From Camelus dromedarius (taxonomy: Eukaryota): DNA of 64,000 nucleotides. Position 1 is the stretch's first letter. The number at the start of each line of letters is the position of its first letter. The notes under the pieces are model-generated. The model was not told the DNA's origin. It worked only from the letters and a program-made list of their open reading frames with translations, and made no database searches. Both the position numbers and the translations under genes were made by a program. The stretch covers positions 109,990,001 through 110,054,000 of the forward strand of contig NC_087436.1 of assembly GCF_036321535.1 (NCBI RefSeq), in the 5' to 3' direction. Of the stretch, positions 10,395 through 24,260 are shown piece after piece.

Positions 10395-13215
10395 GAAAGT
10401 CAAGATGGAAGAATATGTCCATCACTATAAGGATTCCGCATATTGCTCTTTTAAAACCACACTCCGTTTAGTTCCACACTTACATATAATTTAACTTCTG
10501 GCAACCACTAATCTGTTCTCCATTTCTAAATTTTGTGACTTCAAGAATAATATATTAATGGCATCATAGAGTAACTCTTTTGGATTGGCTTTTTTCACTC
10601 AGCATAATTATTTGGGGTTTCATCCAGTTTGTTGCATGTGGCAGTAGTTTGTTCCTTTCCATTGCTGAATAGTACTCTATGGTATGGATGTAGTTTAACT
10701 ATTCACTCACTGAAAAATATCTATGTTATTTCCAAGTTTTAGCCATTATGATAAGAGGTACTGAATATTTGTGTAAAAATTTTCTTGTGATCATGAGTTT
10801 TCATTTTTTCTGGAAAAATGCATAGGAGTTCAATTGCTAGGACATGTGGTAATCACGTATTTAAATTTTTTAAGAATCCACTAAATTATTTTCCAGAGTG
10901 GCTGAGCCATTCAAACTTTTACCAGCAATGTAGGAGTGATGAAGATTCTCTACATCATTCCTAGTATTTAGTTATTTCACTATTTTTGTATTTCAGCTAC
11001 TTTAATAGATGTATAATGATATCTCATTGTGTTTTTAAGTTGCCTTCCAATGGATGATGATGGTGAAAATATTTTCATGTGCTTATTTGCTAAGTGTATA
11101 TCCTAGCCAATGAAATGTCTCTTATTTTTCAATCCTATTTCTAATTGAATGTTTTTATTTTATTTTTTAGTGTTGCGTTTTGAGAATTCTTTGTATATCC
11201 AAGATACTCATCCTTTGTTGGATAGGTGCTTTGCAAGTATATTCTCCCAGACTTTAGCTCTCTTTTCATCCTCTTAACAGGGCTTTTCACAATACAAAAC
11301 TTTTAAATTTTGATTAAATATAATTTAGCAATTTTTATGGGTCATACTTTGCTATCAAATCTAAGAAATCTTTGCCTAATCCTAGATCCTAAAGATCGTT
11401 TATGTTTTCTGCTGAAGTTTTATAATTTTACATTTTACATTTAAGTCCAGGGGTGGGGGGGCTATAGCTTATTGGTAGAGTACATGGTTAGCATGTGCAG
11501 GGTCCTGGGTTCATTCTCGAGTACCTCCAGTTAAATAAACACACAAACAAACAAACCTAATTACCTCATCCCCACCAAAAAATAAGTCCATAATTTGTTC
11601 TGGGTTAACTTTGTATAAGATATGAGAATTAGCCCAAATTCTTTATTTGTTTATTTATTTATCTTTACTTATAAATGTCCATTTGCTAAAGAGTCATTTG
11701 TTAAAAAGACTATAATTATTCCAGGGAATTGCTTTTGCATCTTTGTCAAATTTCAGTTGGGCATATTTGTGTAGATTTCACTTTAGATTCTCAATTCTGT
11801 TCCAAGAAGCTATGTGTCTATTCCTTCAACAATACTACACTCCTGATTATGATAGGTATATAATAAGTTTAAAGTAAGATGGACTGAGTCCTCCCACTTT
11901 ATTCTTCTTTTACAAAATTTTTTTTAGATATCCTAGTTTCTTTGTCTAGTCATATAAAGTTTAGAATAATACTGTTTATATTTACAAAAAATTCTTGCTG
12001 GATTTTGATAAGAATTTTGTTAAATTTGTACATCAGTTTGAGGAGATTGCAATCTTTGCTATGTCAATTTTCTAATCCATGAACATAATGGCTTTCTGTT
12101 TACTTAGGTCTTTTATTTCTTCCCTCAGTATTTTGTAGTTTTTAGCATAAAAAAGTCTTGCACATTTTTTGGTAGGTTTACATATAAGTATTTTATTTTT
12201 TGCACAATTGTATTGGTATTGTATGTTTTAATTTCAATGTCCTCAAGTTCATTGCTAGTATATAAAAATATTAATTTTTACATGTTTAATTTCTATTCTA
12301 AAGCCTTGCTAAACTCATTTGTTAACTCTAGGAGGGTTTTCTTTGTTTTATCTTGTTTGTTTGTAGGTAATTAGCAATTTTCTATGTGAAAAAGCATGTC
12401 ATCTGCAAAAAGGGCAAAAGTTTTTTTTTTTTTCCTTTCTGATTTGTAATCCTTAATTTCCTTTTTCTTGCCCTTTTGCGCTAGCTAGAACTTCTACCAT
12501 TGTGCTGAATAAAAGTATTGAGAGGAGACATCCTTGCTTATGCTTGATCTTACGTAGGGAACTTCAGTCATTTACCATTAAGTAAATTGTTTTCTGTAGG
12601 TTTTTGGAACATACTCTATCAAGTTGAAGAGTTTTCCTCTATTCCCATGTTCCTGAAAATATTTTTTTTAATGTTGAATGAATGTTGAATTTTGTCAAAT
12701 GACTGCTCTACATAGATCAATATGGTCATGTAATCTGGTTTAGATTGATTTTTAAATATTGAACCACCTTTGACTTCCTGGAATAGACCTCATTTGATAT
12801 TGGTGTTTAATGCTTTTTTATATATTGCTGAGTTGTTTGTTAATAATTTGTTAAGGACTTTTGCATCTATATTCAAGAGGATATTGGTATAGCTTTTTTC
12901 TTTGTCTAATTTTGCTATCAAGGTAATACTAATGTATTTTTGTAAAATGAACTGAAAAATATTCCTTCCTCCTCTATTTTCTATAAAGAGAATTGATGTT
13001 TGTTCTTTTTTAAAATATAGTAGAATTCTTCAGTGAAATAATTTGGACTGGATATTTTTCTTGAGTGGGAAGGAGGTTTCTAACTATGAATTCAGTTTCT
13101 TTCAGAGTTACAGGGCTGTTCAAGTAATCTATTTTATATTATATGAATTGTGGTAGTTTGTGGGGTTTTTTTAGATATTGGTTTATTTCAGCTAAGTTGT
13201 CAAATTTATGTGTAC
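10395..13215 (-). mobile_element. Ancient L1M (L1MB/MC-like), 3' UTR plus decayed ORF2
   Basis: ctggcaaccactaatctgttctccatttct, ggcttttttcactcagcataatt, catgtcatctgcaaa (antisense to the RT FADDM motif) and gaggagacatccttgc. Confidence 0.9.
11450..11582 (+). mobile_element. tRNA-Ala-derived SINE (camelid Vic-1 type)
   Basis: A-box/B-box head (tagcttattgg ... gggttcattc), then taaataaac...cctaattacctc tail. TSD taagtcca at 11442-11449 and 11583-11590. Confidence 0.9.
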
Positions 13216-16200
13216 AGCTTTGTCCAACTGAAGAACAATGGCAACTTAAAGAGTAATAAAAGAAAAATATTTTTTAATTGAGAGAGGAGGACATTTTTCT
13301 TTTCGTTGGGAATCAGATACAATGGAGACATGTGTATAAATAGCCAAGTAAGATTCAGAAAGTCAGTAAATTTCAGGTCTATATAAACATTAAAAGAAGA
13401 CAGAGCTATGGACTTTAGTACCATGCATAGGTATTTAGCAGAGAATTGAAAGCACCTACATATTTAAATCCAGTTTCTAAAGATTCCATAGGTGAAGATT
13501 TGCGTGAAGTTTCTCAAAGATTCTAGGCTGTGTGTTATGATAAAGTTTATTCATATTGTATATAACTTTTGCTGCATGCATAATCCCTATGAACTTATTT
13601 CTTGTATAGGCCTTCTTAAAAATGCACTATTCATGTAATACTATCTACTATGGTGACTGAAGACCAAAAAGGCACCTGGTTTTGTCCTGTCTACCAGGTG
13701 GTCCCACAAAACACACTGAGTGGCAGGAGCCATGGGAACCCAGCGTCTGTCCCACTGACCAGCTGCTGTGATTTTGAAGATTAGATGTAAAATGGATAAA
13801 CTATGTACGTAAAAGTCTACGTCTCAGAACATATTGAAATTGCATCCCCTGCTAATTAACCACTGATGGAAGTAACCACTTGGCTCCCATTGAGCAAATG
13901 GGGCAAATTGTCTGCTGGCATGAAATACAAATGTGGTCTACTGGTTCCTGTAACTTCTCCCACTGCAAAATTAACCTTCCATCCTATCTTTCATTTATAA
14001 GGTGGAAACTCATTACTTTTAAAAATTCAATGGAAACATACAAACCTCTTTGGGAATTACCTGACTCTTAAAAACTAAACCAAAATACGTAGGTAATAAA
14101 ATAAAGCCTTGTTGCTATAGAAAAATTTCTTGAATAAGAATTTTGTATTATTGTTTTTCAGCAAACCAATTATAGAGGCTAAAATTGGAACCTAAGTGAA
14201 TAGCTATTTCATGCTGCTGTAAGTGAACTGCAGGAGTTCTCCATTTCAAAGTCACTTGACATAAAACTTACACATTCCAGACTTCTGAAACTTTCCACCT
14301 ACTTATATCACTGCCACTTACACATATCGTTAATCCATCAATAACTCTCAGGGTTGCAACAGCTGAATGGAAAAATGGCTAAGGTTCCCCCATTTCATAA
14401 ATCTCAAAGTGCTTGTGATTCTTAAAAATACTGCACATATTTTTATTTGCAGTTTCAGAATGATTGAAATAATTTAGAAACAGATACTCTTAACTGGTGA
14501 GTGATTTAGTCTGGAGTTAGAATTAATATTCCACATTTTCTCATTTTTGGACAGAGAACGATTTACTAAGAGCATTTCAAGCAAGAGGAATTAATACACT
14601 TTTTATGTTGACTTTCCAACTTAATATTTAAAGAAGAACATTTATTGGGGAAAATATGATTTCACATTTACTCTAGATAGTTTTGTATATTGAAAGTTTC
14701 ATGGAGAAGAAAATATTGAAGTTTTAAAGTTATAGAGGTTTATTTTACACTAGTACATATTAAGTAGTTTTTATCACAAAGATTGAGTTATTAATTTATT
14801 CAGTAAACCTATCCCAAAATTTAAGATCCCAAAAGAGAAGTAAAGCAAGTTCCTGTAGACTGACAGTATGAAAATAAAAATTTATTTAAGAATCAAAATT
14901 AATTTTAAATTGTACAAATTCATAGTTCTTGAAGGTGTACCATATAACACTATTTGATCATTTAAGAACAAATATTCTATGGCTGGAGGAAAGCATAGGG
15001 AAAGGGGGGAAAAAGATACTTTAAGTAAATTTAGAGAAAAACTACATTTCTAAAGATAAGGGACTTTGATTTTCTTATCACTTTTTTGAGGAGATGAGCA
15101 AATAAATACAGAATTGAATAAAAATCCTTTAGAGAGAAAAAAGAACAATGACAAATCATGTCAATTGAAATGATTCCACTATAATTTGAAGAGGATAACG
15201 AATGGAAAGAAAGCAGAGCAACTCAGACGTCTAAGAAAGTGTCTAATATGGATTGCTATTTAAAGGGTGAAATAAGTACAAAAGAAAATAAATAAATGTG
15301 CCCCAGGGTGTGGCTTGCTAATAAAGGCATTTTCACCAGGGAACTCTTGAGGAGTTCTTCTTCTAACTGTAACTGTACTAATTACAAGCTTTTTCCCCAT
15401 GTAATTGTCTCTAATTTCCTTAACTTTTGCTGTAGCACTGAGATGCTTGTTCAATCTTATTGTTTGGATTTCCAAGTATATATAAAAACTCTTTAGCTGG
15501 CTACACTTGAATATTTTAATATTTTATTCTCTAGTGTCAATCACTGAACGATTTACCTGGCAAAGATAAGATGTTAAAAAATTTCTCTCTGAAAATAAGT
15601 AAAAATTGTCAGGAACAAACTTACTAGGACCCTCTACATAGTGAGTTATTCAGAGGCTTTCTTCATAAAAGAGAAAATAATATATTCAAAAAATAAAGCA
15701 CTAGAGTTTTTTTTTTTTAATTAAATAATTAATGTATTGGCATTGTCAAATTAGTCTGGCAATAAAATGTCTGTAGTTTTCAAACTGTCTACTGTCATGA
15801 TTGACATTTGGAAATGCTTCCATTTGGCATTTCACTTATTTCTAAAAGAGTTCCTCTCACACACATACATTTTTGTAGTGGTTTTGATAATAAACCATAT
15901 ACAAGGCACATTTCCCATGTGATTCCTGTAGACAATATCAAGCTGTGTTAAGTATTTCAAACTCAACCTGAGAAATTTTTGTGGGAGAATTTTAACACAT
16001 TTACACTTATCATCACATCAGATATAGTTGGTCTTAATTTTGTCATTTCATTTTAGTTTTTCTTATTTGCATTATGCTTCCTTTATGTCCTACCAATTTT
16101 TGTTACTTGTTCTTCCTTTTTTCCCCTCTAGAAATTTGAAATATGCAAATCCTGTTTTCTTCTACGAAAATGCAATCCTTCAACTTTTTTCTGTTTGTAT

Positions 16201-16229
16201 ATATACTAAAATAGCTAATATATATTAAA

Positions 16230-16430
16230 CCCTCACTACATGCTGGGTACTACAGTAAACAGCTCACGGCAAATTCTCTTCCCTAATCCTATAAAGTAGG
16301 TGTATCTTCTGCCTCTACTTTACAAATACAGAAGGAATTTATTTATTTATTAATTGATGCCCAAATTCAGAAAGACTTAGGAATGGAATTCAGATCCATT
16401 GGAATTAAGAGCTTCTGTTCTTAATATTAT
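16230..16430 (-). mobile_element. MIR SINE remnant
   Basis: cactacatgctgggtact...cctataaagtaggtgtatc...actttacaaatacagaag is the antisense MIR core. Confidence 0.55.
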
Positions 16431-17559
16431 GAGGCAATAGGTCTCTTTAAGCATCAATCTAGAGTGAATGCAAGGCTAGCAGAGAAGATTGAGAACACAC
16501 AACTGGGGATGTAGAAGGAAATAGCCTGGAGGGTGAATACTGTCTTCTCTATATTAGTTTTAAATAATATTTTATTATGTATGTCTTTTGCATTTACATT
16601 TTAATGATTTCTCCACTTGTCATCTGTTTTACTTTACTTCATTGTTTTTCCTGCATTACAATCACAATAATTCTAAACCACTTAATTTGTAATTCAACTT
16701 TTGGTAACACTTTCAAATAATATTCTACATTACAGTATTTTTAAGTAATCACCTATAAATTATTTTTTAATATTTATTTTTCCATTTTTAAATGAAATAT
16801 TAAATATCCTTGGCATTTGCTTTACTGTATAAGATAAAGATTAACTTAAAATAAATCAGTATGTGATTCTTTTTTACAAAGTATTTTGTCTAATGAATAA
16901 TACATTTGATATTATACATATATACACATATACATATAAATACCATTGATCTACTTTTTGAGTCAACAGATAGTTCTATTGATCTGTATGCAAATAATAT
17001 GATATTTTATCATCCTAATTTTAATTATCTTAGTTTTATAATACCATTTAATAATGGTTTAAAAGTCCTCTTGTACTCCATTTCTAAAAATTTCCTGAAA
17101 ATTCTAGATTATGTGCTATACCACATTCATTCTAAAACAGTAATTTGGAGAATGGCTTTAAAAATACTTTTACAAATAGTTTTTAGTGACAATTTAGACA
17201 CATTATTGTCAGAAGCATTAAAATAATTTGACATGTTAATAGGTATTATATCAAACCAAAAGATTAATTTAGAAAGAATATATGGCTAGGATATTTTAAT
17301 GAGAAATGTTATTTAATAACCGGAATCAATAAATATTATTTATTCTCATTTGCACTGGATATCAAATCTTCTTTATATTCATCAGTATAAAGCTACATAG
17401 TTTTCTGTTAATGTACACATGTCTTTGATTTAGCATCATGCTATTTAATATTTGCACCTGTATTTAACCTGTGATATCATCTAATTTTAATTTTTTTTTC
17501 CTATTTGGAGAAGTTTTGTCAATGGTGTTATCAAGATTAAAAAATGAATTGAGACAAGT

Positions 17560-19030
17560 GCTATAAAGGAAAACTGGAGAAACCTATGAGAAATTACAGC
17601 AGGAGCTCTGAAATAGGTGAGTTGGTGAACCATAAAAGACTGTCAAAGAGCGTATTTAAGACATGACTTGAAGAATGTATAGAACCTTTGCAGGCAAGAG
17701 ATGGAGACTGTGAAAAAAACTCTTGCCCCTCACCCCCCCCAAAAAGTCAGCATATGAAGCCAAATTTGTTTCAAATTCAAAGACATGCGAATAGTCCAGC
17801 ACTGTTGGAGTTCAGGAGATGAGGCCCTTTAGGACCACTCCAATTTAGAGTCAAAAAGAGGAGCAGAATCATGAAAACTAGAATGTGGAGAAGTAGCTAA
17901 AGAGGAGGAATATCAGGGGATTGTCATAAAACCAATCTGACACGATGTTGAGAAGAGTACTTACAGGAACGTTTATCACCTTAGAGATGTTGGCTTAGAC
18001 AACAAGAATGTATATTGGATTACACACCGTGGTTGACTGATCCAGGATCTTAACAAGGTCGTAAAGGCATGATTTTTCTACCTCCTCGGTCTGCTGTCCA
18101 GTGTAAATTTCATCTTAAGGCTGGCTTCCCTCTTGCTGGTGGAAAACAGAGTTATATGAGTTCGCATCCTCTAAAAGAGATCTTTCTCCTTTTCAGATCT
18201 TTCCCAGAAGTCTTCCACAAACACCTCCTTATATTTCATTAGCAACAATTAGGTCACCCGCTCATTTCTGCATTAGCAAGAGAACTGGAAATACTTTTAG
18301 GCTAATCATGATGGTGCTGAGAGTGGGGTACAAGTCTTGTGAGGCATGTGGCCAAGTGATGAAGTGTTATGTGCCTAGAATAGCTAAGATTCTGTTAGAA
18401 AGGAAGACAAGAATGAGAGATGCTTTCTAGACAATTGACAATGTTCACACAGAATTAATGTAAAATTGAAGACTAAAACGTGTATTTGATTCGGCAACTA
18501 GATCATCTGTGAACACAGCAAGTTTCGGTAGATAGGAAGCCAGACTGGAATGGGTGGAAGAGAGAATGGGAAGTGAGGAACTAGAGTTTGAGAATTAACA
18601 ATATTTTCAACACATTTGGTGAAGGATACAATGGTGAGGTAGAAGTAGAAGAAAGGAGGCATAGGAAGGGCAACTAATAATGCCAGAAAGACAGTTTGAG
18701 ATGGGATCTAGACCAGACGTGGAAGATTTGGCCACTGGCAGGATGCATGGACACCTTCTACTGCAATGTAGCAGTAAGCACGTGGATTGAGACAGATGAC
18801 TATTTTAAACCTGCATGGAAACATGCAATTGTTCCTATGTGGTGTGAAAATGTTACTCTATGAAGTGTAAGATACGTTCATTAGCAGAGAACGAAAAAGG
18901 CAAAAGAGGTCAGAGATTTGAGGAAGCAAAGAAAGGATCAAGTGGTCAATGAGGAAGTAGAAAAAATGTCTTATCAAGGGAAACAGATGAGAAATCCAGC
19001 TGGTGTTGAATGCACAGTTGGGATTTTATG
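17560..19030 (-). mobile_element. L2 remnant split by a MaLR LTR
   Basis: tttaagacatgacttgaagaatg; ggaagccagactggaatgggtggaagagagaatgggaagtgaggaa is typical antisense L2. Confidence 0.6.
17965..18451 (-). mobile_element. MaLR LTR (MLT1K-like)
   Basis: cctccttatatttcattagcaacaattaggtcac and attctgttagaaaggaagacaagaat...aatgttcacaca match antisense MLT1J/K motifs. Confidence 0.6.
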
Positions 19031-19609
19031 CTATGGTTTTCCATTTTTTGAGTGGTTTCGGTTTTTTCTGTCTTTTCTTCTTTCAGTAAGTAGGAGTAGT
19101 ATATTATCAAGAAAACATGTTGTGTGTGTGTGTGTGTAGGTGTGTGATTTTAACAATTGTACACGTGTATATCATTGTGTGGTTTCTAAACCCCAGAAAA
19201 TAATTTTCATTTTCTTAGTAGGCTACACATACATATTTTTCTCCTCAAAATTTTCTTCTAAAAACTTTAGTTTGAAAAGTACAATTTTGAAACAGCGTAG
19301 TTTTATTCTTTTGTAGGTATTTGTTTTGCTAATAAGTTAATATAACTTTTTGTTTTTCTAGGTACGTCTCTATTTGCTCATTTTATCTCACCTTTTCACT
19401 TTGATGATTTTTTCTTTAATTTGGGAAAGCTTTAATCTACCATATCTACTATATTTCAGTTTATTCTATTGTATGATCATTAACATGATTTGCCTGATAT
19501 ATGTTATAATGGAACCAGTTATGATAGATTGGAAATAAACGCAGTCATTAGACTGTATTGCAAGTTCCAACATTCTTCTTTATACATGAGTGAAGTCCAT
19601 GCCCTAAAC

Positions 19610-19793
19610 CAGAGGTTCACAAAGTTTAGTATCTGTCACAATCACTTGGAGAACTCCTTAGAAGACAATGGCTGGACCCCATCCACGCTTTCTGATTCAG
19701 CAAGTTTCAGGTTGGGGCTGGGAGTTTATATTCTAACAAGCTCCCAGGGGCACTGATACTGCAGTTTTGGGGACCACACTTTGAGAACAAGTG
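19610..19793. mobile_element. MER5A (hAT-Charlie MITE), full length
   Basis: Terminal inverted repeats cagaggttcacaaag / ctttgagaacaagtg; 184 bp. 8-bp TSD ccctaaac/ctctaaat resembles the NTCTAGAN hAT target. Confidence 0.9.
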
Positions 19794-20209
19794 CTCTAAA
19801 TCATTAAATTGTCTTGCTTCTTCAAATTAGAGTAAAGTGATAAGGAGAGGAAGGCACTGTGTTGGCAGCATTAAAAAAACATACTGTGTAGGTTCCAGTG
19901 GATTTATTAATTTTTCTGCATTAGGTATGTGGTCATTTGAGGGAAGCTTTACAGAAGGGCTGAGATTTGAGCTAAGCTTTGAGGAAGACGCATGGCTTCC
20001 TAACATTGCAGATTATTCAAGATAGGAATGGACCACTTTGGAAGGCAGGGAGATACCTCTCTATGGTGATGTGTAAGAAGAGATGTGATGAGCCACCGGT
20101 ATAGATGTCATTGGCAGAGTATAACCAGGTATCAGATGCATTGAACCAAATATCACTTGGTGTGCTTTCAATGTAGCTATGTATTTGTTTGAAGAAACAA
20201 AAGAAACTA

Positions 20210-20850
20210 AGAGTTGAATAAATGTAGCGGAGTCAGATAGGTCAGGGTTCAAATCTCAGCTTCACAACTGATTGTCTCTGTAAGGTTGGGAAAAGCATTT
20301 AATCACTTTCAATCTCCTTCTGTTACTTTGCTAAGGCTACCAATAACAAGGTACCACAAACTGGAAACTTGGAAGAGAGAAATGGATTGTCTCACAGTTC
20401 TGGAGGCTAGAATTCTGAGATCAAGGTGTTGGCAGGGCTCTGCTCCCTCTGAAGTAAGGGAAAATCTGTTCTAGGTTTTCTTCCTAGCTTCTGGTAGTTC
20501 CTTGGCTCATGGCAAGCAATGTGGTCTTCTCCTTGCACATGTGTTTATGTCCAAATTTCCCCAATCATAACTCTACCCAGTGCAACCTCGTGTTAACTAA
20601 TCACATCTGCAATGACCCTACTTTCAAATAAGGTTACATTCTGAAGTGCGGGTGGGTGTTAAGGATTTAACCTATTAATTTGGGGACACAATTTAACATA
20701 TAACATTCCTTTTCCTCACCTGTGAAAGAGGATTAAAGTTATATAAATAACAGCATTAGTGTGGAAAGTGAGAAAATGTGTGCAAAGTTTTATTTCAGTA
20801 GCTTTTCAGTTTTAATACTATTACTATACTATCACTATTATTACTATAAT
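20210..20850 (+). mobile_element. MIR SINE split by an MLT1 insertion
   Basis: ggagtcagataggtcagggttcaaatctcagc...tttaatcactttc precedes the LTR and tttcctcacctgtgaaag follows it. Confidence 0.75.
20319..20705 (-). mobile_element. MaLR solo LTR (MLT1B-like)
   Basis: taacaaggtaccacaaactgg, tctcacagttctggaggctag and caaataaggttacattctga; 387 bp; 5-bp TSD ctcct/ttcct. Confidence 0.9.
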
Positions 20851-20889
20851 ATTGCTATACTACAATATTATTAATCTAAAATAGATCTC

Positions 20890-21025
20890 GAGGAGGTGAG
20901 TAGAGCTCAGTGCAAAGGGTGTGCTTAACATTCATGAGGTCCTGGGTTCAAGCCCCAGTACCTCCACTAACAAATAAAGAAATAAACCTAATTACCTATT
21001 CCTCCCCCCAAAAAGTCCCCCAAAA
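20890..21025 (+). mobile_element. tRNA-Ala-derived SINE (Vic-1 type)
   Basis: agctcagtg...gaggtcctgggttcaagccccagtacctcca...aaataaacctaattacc. TSD taaaatagatctc/taaaatatatctc (12/13). Confidence 0.9.
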
Positions 21026-22624
21026 TAAAATATATCTCTTCTTGTGTAATATTCTTGAGGTTGTCATTTTTTTTCCTGCCTACCATCTGCATTAAAGTCA
21101 CAGGTCATCTATAATTCCTCCTAATATGTTACAGATATAGAGGTTTCAAAAAGATATACTGGGAAAAAAAAAAACTTTTGTTAATTTGGGTTTTATTGCC
21201 TCCTGCTTGTGGAAAACACTGGATACGTGTGAGCCATTTCTGTTGAAGCAGCGCACCGTTGCCTCGCGGTGGCCCCATTCAGAAAGAGCATCTCTGCAGC
21301 AAAGGGCTACTCTTTTATACCAGACCAGCACTTGCTTCTTTTTCCTCCTTTTTAAAAAAATTTACTTCTTTAATTTTTGTCCTGTTTGCTTCCCGAGGCA
21401 TCCCAGCTGATGAGGCCCTGCGCTGGGCCTGAGACCAGCAGGGACAGAATCAATGCTGAAGACACAGTCTCATGGTTGAATGGGCAGCTTGCAGGTGGTA
21501 ATGACTTTCAGTCACAGTCCGTGTGAGGCCCAGTGTCATGTCTCAGCCTGCTGGTCCGTTACCCACTTCCCCTCTTTCTCAGTCTATCACCAACTTAACT
21601 CCCCAAAGTTCCCTTTCACTCTCTTTTCCGCTGTTGTTCTTTCTTACGCAATTACAGGGGCTTTTGTCAGAGCCTGAATGGAAGTTTGGTGCAGCACAAG
21701 GTAAAATTAAGTTTCTCTCCCAATGCCACCTGCATCTGCAGGCATTAGAATTGGAAAGGGGTTTGACCATTCTGTGGTCGTTCTGTTTGACAATTTTTAT
21801 CATATACGTGCAATATGCTGGTCAGTTTATTAAGGTACTTGGCCTTATATTTCCTACTCAACAAAGGAACAGGCAGAGGGATTGTATTAGGAACACTGGC
21901 TGTTTTTTTCTTGAAGTTGTTCTAAACGTTTCCTCCTTACCCACCAGTTTCATGAGAGGGGAAAAAGTGAGATGACCCCAAAGGGGGAAAATATCTAAAT
22001 CAAGACGAAGGCATGTTTTTATACACATGCATTTTTTATCATTGTTAGGGAAAAAATCAGTCTGAGAATTTATCTAGAAAATAATTACCACTTAAGCATC
22101 TGGAGTATAAGTACTGAAGTGCTAATCTTCTCTCCAAACACTGCAAGTTTGTGTATTATGCGTAGTTCTCAGATAAGAAAGCAGAGGTTTAGTAAATTTA
22201 AGTTACCAACCCTCAGTTACATCACTGTTAAATAGAAGGGCTGAATTTTTATCTTGAACTCCAGCTGTGTTCCCTGGAACCTCTGCTCTCAGTAGAGTTT
22301 CCTGATACAACCCAACATCTGGCTGCATTGCAGAGCACATGGCATTTTCCATTTTCCATTTTACCTACTCACAGTGCTTTCCAGGCAGGGCAAAGATGCT
22401 ATCAGTGAGGATCTACAGTGCTTTCCTCGGTATCTTCTCCTTAACTCACTCTCTTGTCTGGACAAGGCAGGAACGTAGGTCCATGTGAGATCAACGGATC
22501 CTGTGTCATTGTACAAACAAGTTAAGAGGCCAGCATCCATTACAACTTCTATTTTTGTGCTCCTAACAGAGCCCAGAATACACTAGTTAATTTTAACCCA
22601 CAGTTAACTGGAACAAATTTAATT

Positions 22625-22655
22625 ACATACACACACACACACACACATACACACA
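22625..22655. repeat. (CA)n microsatellite
   Basis: Read directly from the sequence. Confidence 0.9.
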
Positions 22656-24069
22656 TGTTTTATATATGCCCCTGTATATAAATGTAACAAAAGGTATTCA
22701 TACATTTATATATTTAGTTATCTTGTTTCCATAATAAATTGATATTTCTGCCGAACAGACTTTCAGGTTCTATTCATATTGTTTTCCAAACCTGGGCATT
22801 TTGGTGGACCCAATCCTTGAACATCCAGTTCTTATATTTTACCTTGAAAAATGCTATCAAGTAATTTTTATGATGGTATTTGATAGTGTCCTAGCCTCCT
22901 GTACTGTTTGTAGATATATCATGATTGAAATCATTGGCTAAATAATGATCTGGTGGTGAGCCGAAACAAGATGATCACAACTGTTCTTTTCCTTATGAAA
23001 CTTAGCAGTTATATGCTTGTACAATTTATCCAATAGGAACTGAATTTACGTAAACATTTTGACTCACGTGACTCTGCTTTTTCATACTCATTCTGCTATT
23101 TGTTTTTACTAGTTGGTGGTGAAACAAGGCTAGATCAGGCTTTATATAGTATCAAGGTCCTTGGAATGATGAGGGACTGTTGGCAACAGTTGCATTTTGA
23201 TAGGACAGTGGGTAGAACAGTGGAGGTGGAGCATCTTAGAAAGGCTGAGACCATTAGGGACCCCAGTGACTGAGGAAACACCAACTGCATAGTTGCTTCC
23301 ATCAGCCTAGCAGGGGCTCTGCAAGAGAATCCGGCCCTGAAGCTCTAAGAGGCGTCTTTTACCTAATGAATTTCCTTCTTTCCTATTCATTTACTATGAT
23401 ACTACTAAGAATCCTCTTTGAAAGAATTGAGATAATAGTCACTGGGGTCATTTTTCTGGATTGTGCAGTTTGAATGAAGGATCCCAGATGAGGAGCTGAG
23501 GAAAGCTGTGCACATTTCATTACGCTTTCACTTTCAAAAAATGTGGGAAAGAGGTCATTTGAGCACCATACACTGACCTACAGTTTAGGGCCAGGTGGAG
23601 AGTGGCACACATGAGAATTCATTTCTTCCAGTCTAAGCTAGGCTTTTGAGATTCTTACTCCTAAGGAAGCTATTTAATAGGTCACCCCATTCCCCATAGG
23701 ATCTTTATTCCCCTTAAAGAAATGCCCATAGAGATATATGGTCCTATAAATTCACCCCATGAAGATGGTGCATCAGGCCCCACTGGTCACTGTCTGTGAT
23801 GCTGGGCTTATATAACTGCAAGATAATATAAACAGATCTAAAAGGAAAAGGGAGCTTGCTAAGTAAAGATTTTACTGCTGAAAATTGTCATAAAATAACA
23901 CTGACTTTAGTTTTTTGGAACTATAGATTAAGATGTCCCCAGAACAGTCTGTTTTAAAATGCTTTCTCATGCTGAGAAAAGGTCACAGTTGTGATAGTTG
24001 TGGTTATTCCCTTCGTTTGTCACAGTAAATCTACAGACTTTATTAGGTGAAGTGTGATAAATAATGAAA

Positions 24070-24260
24070 CAGTAGAAACAATTGATCCAGATCTAGAAAA
24101 GCAAGGTAAAGTTTCAGTTCTAGTAACTAAATTATCTTTATTTGCCATGTGATCCTGGACAAGGTCCTCAATTTCTTGAAGTCCTAGTTTTTCAGGACTA
24201 TAAAATACTAACCTTCAATCTCAAGGGTTATGGTGAAACTCAAGAGGTGAGATATTAACA
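24070..24260 (+). mobile_element. MIR remnant
   Basis: tgccatgtgatcctggacaaggtcctcaatttcttgaagtcctagtttt resembles the MIR core. Confidence 0.55.

Noticed and set aside
13688..13706. CTCF-like motif ctaccaggtggtcc (also ggagggggcg at ~36861)
   Set aside because: Mismatches at key positions; not supportable without a PWM scan or ChIP data.
21523..21975. 150-aa plus-strand ORF
   Set aside because: GTG start, no recognisable homology and no convincing splice boundaries; compatible with chance.
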